A DNA stretch of 32,000 nucleotides from Thermofilum adornatum. GTDB lineage: Archaea > Thermoproteota > Thermoprotei > Thermofilales > Thermofilaceae. The DNA is taken from the NCBI RefSeq assembly GCF_000446015.1, contig NC_022093.1:390001-422000 (forward strand), read 5' to 3'. Positions 27,400 to 32,000 of this stretch are shown here, in pieces. A program made the position numbers and the translations under genes. The notes below the pieces were generated by a model that saw only the letters and a program-made list of their open reading frames with translations, did not search any database and was not told the origin of the DNA. Positions within the stretch are counted from its first letter, which is position 1, and each line of letters begins with the position of its first letter.

Positions 27400-28223
27400 C
27401 TTTCAATTCTTTCTGAGTTGCATCGGTCTTGCACAAATACGAGGCGAGGGGCTTGATTAGGATTCTCTTTCAATTTTTTCTGAGTTGCATCCCGGTAGCA
27501 ATGAAGGGGGTAGCCGTTGCGTCCCCGATATTCTTTCAATTCTTTCTTAGTTGCATCTGAGCTGGAGTACGATGAGGTTAACTGTACTGAGCATCGAACT
27601 TTCAATTCTTTCTTAGTTGCATCGGGATACTCTAACGATTCATGTCTTTGATGGGAAAGAGTGGAAAGCCTTTCAATTCTTTCTGAGTTGCATCAGTGAG
27701 ATATGGGACGACTTGGTTGATACCATTCGAAAGCGCTTTCAATTCTTTCATAGTTGCATCCTGAAGACGCTCATAGCATATGGATACCTGGACATGACTT
27801 TCAATTCTTTCTTAGTTGTATCCATACACCTCTTACCCAGCAGACTCGTGGACACTCAACCTCACCGCCTTTCAATTCTTTCTGAATTGCATCGAGGGTC
27901 AGAGCGTATACTTTGGCCCGACACATTGTCAATCACTTTCAATTCTTTCTGAGTTGCATCACGACTATACGATTCCGTCAGGGATAAGATTTGCGGCCTT
28001 GCTTTCAATTCTTTCTTAGTTGCATCGAAACCAATCGAACAACTTACGGTTTGGGATTAATTTTACTTTCAATTCTTTCTTAGTTGCATCAGACTTCTCT
28101 GATTAGAATGCTTATCCCCCACCTTCTACAAAGCTTTCAATTCTTTCTTAGTTGCATCTTGAGAAATAGTTTCGTAGTAGCTAACGCAGACGCCCTAACT
28201 TTCAATTCTTTCTTAGTTGCATC
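27400..28223 (-). CRISPR. CRISPR array 2: 13 repeats of 25 bp, 12 spacers of 37-46 bp
   Basis: Repeats start at 27400, 27467, 27533, 27599, 27670, 27736, 27798, 27869, 27936, 28002, 28066, 28134 and 28199. The consensus is CTTTCAATTCTTTCT[G/T]AGTTGCATC, with four repeats carrying one extra substitution each. The leader lies on the right. Confidence 0.97.
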
Positions 28224-28476
28224 CGAATTGTTTTGCTCGGGTGGGGTTTATATGTTTAACGTTTATTTTTATCAAGAAGTCTGCAAAACTGCCCTAGCAC
28301 TCAAATTTACCCGTTGGAAGCTTCTGAAACTTCCCTACTGGGAAGCTTCCCAGAATGCCCCGTTTTGGGTCGGGAATTTTTCCCGTAAACCTAAATTTAA
28401 AATAGGCTTCCTAACGAGAAACTTCATAAATAACTTTTAGTTTTCCTAATGGGAAAACATTGACAAAGTGGAAATG
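28224..28476 (-). promoter_or_regulatory. CRISPR leader 2
   Basis: It is homologous to 14321-14572. It contains GGGAAGCTTCCC at 28340-28351, CGGGAATTTTTCCCG at 28371-28385 and TTTTCCTAATGGGAAAA at 28441-28457. On the minus strand, a TATA-like CATATAAAC lies near the first repeat. Confidence 0.8.
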
Positions 28477-28555
28477 ATGTTTGTCGTAGAAGATTCTAGG
28501 GGTCTTGGTGCCTGTGTTTGGTGTTTGTTGGGGCTAGGTTTTTGTTGTTCGACCC

Positions 28556-28576
28556 TTGGGGAGAAAACTTTATTAC
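28556..28576 (+). promoter_or_regulatory. BRE/TATA promoter of tRNA-Val(CAC)
   Basis: TTGGGGAGAAAACTTTATTAC ends 29 nt upstream of the tRNA 5-prime end. It is the paralogue of 14664-14684. Confidence 0.65.
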
Positions 28577-28605
28577 TCTAGGTTGGCTCTATTTTTCGGC
28601 TCTTT

Positions 28606-28712
28606 GGGCCCGTCGTCTAGCGGTTAGGATGTCGCCCTCACAAGGCGCCGTGTTTGGGGCTCGACTCTGGGAGCGGCGGAGGTCCCGGGTTCGAATCCCG
28701 GCGGGCCCACCA
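28606..28712 (+). tRNA. tRNA-Val (anticodon CAC), with a 31-nt intron 3-prime of the anticodon loop (non-canonical position), encoded CCA
   Basis: Acceptor GGGCCCG/CGGGCCC and loop CTCACAA (CAC at 28639-28641). Removing about 28648-28678 restores stem TCGCC/GGCGG. The exact intron boundary is ambiguous because GGCG is repeated at both junctions. The T arm is CCGGG-TTCGAAT-CCCGG. A T6 tract lies at 28732-28737. Confidence 0.8.
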
Positions 28713-28800
28713 TTGCCGCGTGTTTGCTGTATTTTTTCTCGTGTGTGGACCGCATTGTTTAAAAATGGTTTTGTCTTTGTTGATGGGGAAGTGGGGAGGA

Positions 28801-30285
28801 ATGTCTCAGAGGGAGGTTACACTTGACGAGTTGACGGACCTGTGTCTGAGGAGGGGCTTTGTTTTCCCGAGTGGGAGAATCTATGGGGGGCTTTCCGGCT
28901 TCTTTGACTATGGCCCCCTCGGGGTTGAGCTTGCGAGGAACGTCTTGAATGACTGGTGGAGGTGGTTTGTTGAGACCAGGGACGACATGTACGGCATAGA
29001 CGGCGCTATTATCACTCATCCTAGGACTTGGGAGGCTAGCGGGCACGTTGAGAGCTTTATCGACTACATCGTGGTCTGCGAGAAGTGTGGGACCGAGTAC
29101 AGGGCCGATCACCTCTTGGAGGACTTAGGCATAAAGATCCCTGAGTATACTGCCGAGACGCTAAAGAGGCTGATAGAGGAGCACAACGTCAAGTGCCCAG
29201 CGTGTGGCGGCAGGCTCTCGGATCCCCAGAGGTTCAACTTGATGTTCAGCGTGGAGGTTGGGCCTAGGAAGTCCATGACCGCGTATCTAAGGCCTGAGAC
29301 TGCCCAGCTAATATTCACGAACTTCAAGAACGTCGTGTTCAGCATGGGTGCTACTCTGCCATTCGGGATAGCCCAGATAGGCAAGGCTTTTAGGAACGAG
29401 ATTTCGCCTAGGAACTTCCTTTTCAGGCTCAGGGAGTTCACACAGATGGAGATAGAGTACTTCGTGAACCCCGAGAAGCTCGACGACTGTCCACGCTTCG
29501 GCGATGTTGCAGGCCTAGAGGTAAACATGCTGACCGCTGAGGACCAGGAGAGGGGCATAGGCGAGGCCAGGAAAATGACCCTAGGCGAGGCAGTCGAGGC
29601 CGGGATAGTCAAGAGCAAGTGGCACGCGTACTGGATAGGAGAGTCGATAAAGTGGCTACACGGCCTCGGCCTCCGGCCGGAAAGGCTCAGGGTAAGGGAG
29701 CACGTGAAGACCGAGCTCGCCCACTACGCTGTCCAGACCTTCGACGTCGAGTACTATTTCCCGTACATGGGCTGGAAAGAGATAGAGGGTATAGCCAACA
29801 GGTCTGACTATGACCTCAAGCGCCACATACAGTACAGCGGCGAGGCTCTGCACATAGTCGACGACGGGAAGACAGTCGTCCCATACGTCATAGAGCCCTC
29901 GTTCGGGCTAGAAAGAATAATCATGGCCGTCCTGACGGACGCATACGTGAGGGAAGAAAAGAGGACACTCCTAAAACTAAAGCCGAAGATCGCCCCCTAC
30001 AAGGCAGCCGTGTTCCCACTCGTGAAGCGCGACGGGCTAGACGTCAAGGCGCGTGAAGTATACGACAAGCTCAGGAGGGTCGTGAGGTGCTACTACGACG
30101 AAGACGGGAGCATAGGCAAGCGCTACGCGAAGGCAGACGAGATAGGCGTGCCCTTCACAATAACGATAGACGGGCAAACACTCACGGACAACACCGTCAC
30201 GATACGCTTCAGAGACACAAAGCAACAAGTCAGAGAACATGTAGAAAAACTGCCCGAAAAAATCCTACAACTCGTAAACACCTAG
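28801..30285 (+). CDS. glyS: glycine--tRNA ligase (archaeal/eukaryotic dimeric type)
   Basis: RRGFVFPSGRIYGGLSGFFDYGPLG and the class II motif FRNEISPR match GlyRS. I moved the start to the ATG at 28801. The upstream part of the open frame overlaps the tRNA and a TATA-like TTTAAAAAT at 28758-28766. Confidence 0.9.
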   Translation: MSQREVTLDELTDLCLRRGFVFPSGRIYGGLSGFFDYGPLGVELARNVLNDWWRWFVETRDDMYGIDGAIITHPRTWEASGHVESFIDYIVVCEKCGTEYRADHLLEDLGIKIPEYTAETLKRLIEEHNVKCPACGGRLSDPQRFNLMFSVEVGPRKSMTAYLRPETAQLIFTNFKNVVFSMGATLPFGIAQIGKAFRNEISPRNFLFRLREFTQMEIEYFVNPEKLDDCPRFGDVAGLEVNMLTAEDQERGIGEARKMTLGEAVEAGIVKSKWHAYWIGESIKWLHGLGLRPERLRVREHVKTELAHYAVQTFDVEYYFPYMGWKEIEGIANRSDYDLKRHIQYSGEALHIVDDGKTVVPYVIEPSFGLERIIMAVLTDAYVREEKRTLLKLKPKIAPYKAAVFPLVKRDGLDVKAREVYDKLRRVVRCYYDEDGSIGKRYAKADEIGVPFTITIDGQTLTDNTVTIRFRDTKQQVREHVEKLPEKILQLVNT

Positions 30286-30383
30286 GCTCAGATACCGTGC
30301 CGTCCAGTCACAATTCTTTCCGGCAAGTCACTCATCATCAACAATGAAAACCGTTAAACCATATTTATCCACAACGCAAAAAA

Positions 30384-30488
30384 TGGAGCCCCGGCCGGGA
30401 TTTGAACCCGGGACCTTCGGCTATCTCGAAGCCCCCAAACACTCGACCTTACAAGGCCGACGCTCCACCGGAGCTGAGCTACCGGGGC
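30384..30488 (-). tRNA. tRNA-Thr (anticodon UGU), with a 27-nt intron at the canonical 37/38 position, encoded CCA
   Basis: The reverse complement has acceptor GCCCCGG/CCGGGGC and anticodon stem TCGGC/GCCGA. The loop reads CTTGTA-[intron]-A. The T arm is CCGGG-TTCAAAT-CCCGG. Confidence 0.85.
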
Positions 30489-30832
30489 TTTTAGTGCGCT
30501 AGTCCACCATCACTATTCAACAAGGGGTTTTATTTTTTTCTCCAAAACCCCACGCCTAAACACATCCTCGAACACGCAGAGGGCAGACAAGCCAAACGCA
30601 TGCCACAAAGCCACTTCAACTTTCAATTTTCCGGATATTCTAGATGAGTGATCTTTTTCCATACAGCAACCCTTCTAGGGAAGGCGGGAGACTGCTGGGC
30701 CCCTTGCTTCTACGAGACTATGCATAGGAAGCTTTAGCCGGGGCGTCACGCACCATCTAAATATACAGTTACTTAATGAGAAAAGTCTAACATGGGTCTA
30801 CAATGGGTTACCTATTGTTTTTATCTGTATTT

Positions 30833-31303
30833 TTAGTTCGCGTTTAATAGCTTCCTCCTCCCTTTTGAAGCCATCATCAACCGTGACAAGTTCGTGTATC
30901 TCTTCCCCTGCTCCTTCAGGGCCGCAATATAGGCCAAGTGGAGAAGGTCGAGGATCTTAAGCCTGACCTTAGAAGACAGCTCTATGGCTAACGCGAGCGG
31001 CAAGTAAAAATCGCCCAAGGGACAAATGTTTCCCCGGCCATCAATTCTCCTATACTGAAGGCCGAACCTCTTCAACACGTAGAGGAGAACAACGGGCACT
31101 GCCAACTCGTCTCTAACCCCAATCCTCCTCAGCGTCTTGTGCAACACGGTTCTCCTCCTCGAAACTATGCTTGCAAGCTCCGCCAACACAAGCTCCGACA
31201 CCCTTTTGTCCCTCAATTTCTCTAGCACTCCTAGGGCCAACTCGCGCCGAGGATCAAGAGGATCAAGAGAAGCCACAACAACGCTCGTATCGATGTAACT
31301 CAT
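30833..31303 (-). CDS. vapC: PIN-domain ribonuclease toxin VapC
   Basis: The N-terminus MSYIDTSVVVASLDPLD carries the first PIN acidic residue, and the size is about 150 aa. A 4-nt overlap joins it to the upstream antitoxin-like gene. Confidence 0.75.
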   Translation of the reverse strand: MSYIDTSVVVASLDPLDPRRELALGVLEKLRDKRVSELVLAELASIVSRRRTVLHKTLRRIGVRDELAVPVVLLYVLKRFGLQYRRIDGRGNICPLGDFYLPLALAIELSSKVRLKILDLLHLAYIAALKEQGKRYTNLSRLMMASKGRRKLLNAN

Positions 31304-31614
31304 CTCTCCCTCTCCTCCAGAAGCTGCCGCGTCGCACCGCCCAGCTCTACCGGTATCCTGCCCTCTACCTTTTCGAGCTCGAAAAGCCTCTCAACTGCCT
31401 CCAACACCTCAGACACATAGGCAAGCTTGACGCCGAGCCGGACAAGCTCCCTAATGGCCTCGCTCCGTGACCGAAAAACACCATACTTCACAAGCACATC
31501 TATCTTCTTCAGCTCATCTTCACCCAGCCTGACGGGACAACCCTTGAACCCACAAGTATACATAGATGTATACATATAAAATATCTTTCCAACAAGCACT
31601 GCGCCGAACAACAC
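31300..31614 (-). CDS. vapB: ribbon-helix-helix antitoxin VapB (start uncertain)
   Basis: CPVRLGEDELKKIDVLVKYGVFRSRSEAIRELVRLG is a CopG/RHH pattern. Possible starts are GTG at 31614, ATG at 31575 or ATG at 31563. The 87-aa form from 31563 fits the usual size best. Confidence 0.65.
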   Translation of the reverse strand: MLFGAVLVGKIFYMYTSMYTCGFKGCPVRLGEDELKKIDVLVKYGVFRSRSEAIRELVRLGVKLAYVSEVLEAVERLFELEKVEGRIPVELGGATRQLLEERER

Positions 31615-31677
31615 CTAGCGCGCTTCTTAGCTGCCTAGCGGACTACAAGAAAAGGCAACATACACGGCGAGCTTGTC

Positions 31678-32000
31678 CTTTCAATTCTTTCTTAGTTGCA
31701 TCCACGATTACGCTTGGAGCCGGTAACCCCAATGTAGTCAACTTTCAATTCTTTCTTAGTTGCATCGGAGACCCCCTGCTAAGAGAAGGAATTAAAATAG
31801 CGGACTTTCAATTCTTTCTTAGTTGCATCACAAGCTTGTACAGTACGTCTTGAAGTATTACGGCACCTTGAACTTTCAATTCTTTCTTAGTTGCATCAGA
31901 TTTATTGTTATGAAGATTGGAGACAAGAGGTTTCTCCTTTCAATTCTTTCTTAGTTGCATCGCTCTTGTAGTTTACGCCATATTCGTATAGCGGCTCGCT
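31678..32000 (-). CRISPR. CRISPR array 3 (partial, runs off the window): five repeats, plus a degenerate terminal repeat at about 31615-31639
   Basis: CTTTCAATTCTTTCTTAGTTGCATC lies at 31678-31702, 31742-31766, 31805-31829, 31873-31897 and 31937-31961. Spacers are 39, 38, 43 and 39 bp, and a 38-bp spacer follows the degenerate repeat. Confidence 0.95.

Noticed and set aside
27617-27952. ORFs running through the CRISPR arrays and leaders: 27375-27605, 27617-27952, 27816-28019, 28084-28440, 14200-14394 and 31566-31853.
   Set aside because: Their periodic FQFFLSCI / FNSFLV peptides are simply translations of the 25-bp repeat. They are not coding.
28654-28800. An N-terminal extension of the GlyRS ORF, which would start at 28654.
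   Set aside because: The extension overlaps the 3-prime half of tRNA-Val(CAC), its T-tract and a TATA-like box. The conserved GlyRS N-terminus begins just after the ATG at 28801.
30524-30551. A perfect 8-bp inverted repeat, GGGGTTTT-12 nt-AAAACCCC.
   Set aside because: It encloses the A/T-rich stretch most simply interpreted as the TATA region of the tRNA-Thr promoter (minus strand) and a T7 tract for plus-strand termination. There is no evidence for a separate structured RNA.
30620-30644. A solitary CRISPR repeat remnant (CTTTCAATTTTCCGGATATTCTAGA).
   Set aside because: Only the first 9-11 nt match the repeat and there is no adjacent second repeat. This is too short to distinguish from chance.

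Overview
This window looks like a chromosomal segment of a crenarchaeon, possibly Desulfurococcales-like, with roughly 50% GC by eye. The lineage call rests on an unsplit rpoB with a split rpoA1/rpoA2, tRNA introns at non-canonical positions, TATA boxes about 25-30 nt upstream of start codons, and a 25-bp CRISPR repeat ending in ATTGAAAG. Most of the window is core information-processing genes. These are uS13-uS4-uS11, an Orc1/Cdc6 gene convergent with rfcS-rfcL, uS7, RtcB, archease, IDI-2, a Memo-like protein, uS2, and rpoN. There is also one long minus-strand block: rpoH-rpoB-rpoA1-rpoA2-eL30-nusA-uS12-rpoD-eL18-uL13-uS9. GlyRS and five tRNAs are present, and three of the tRNAs carry introns. 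Three CRISPR arrays with the same repeat family sit between these operons, and no cas gene is visible anywhere in the 32 kb. Arrays 1 and 2 each carry a roughly 250-bp leader, about 90% identical between the two copies, and each leader is followed by a tRNA-Val gene. All three arrays are oriented to transcribe on the minus strand, toward the genes on their left. Their distal ends share a truncated repeat fused to a GCGCGC junction. Other items worth a second look: a 248-codon ORF of very atypical composition next to tRNA-Val(GAC); a GNAT / enolase-superfamily / THUMP-like overlapping operon; a candidate box C/D sRNA; a sequence motif shared by two tRNA introns; an atypical fusion of two conserved operons; and a VapBC pair at the trailer of array 3. 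I cannot name any clearly novel multi-gene system with confidence. The CRISPR leader/tRNA-Val modules and the unassigned ORF are the best candidates.
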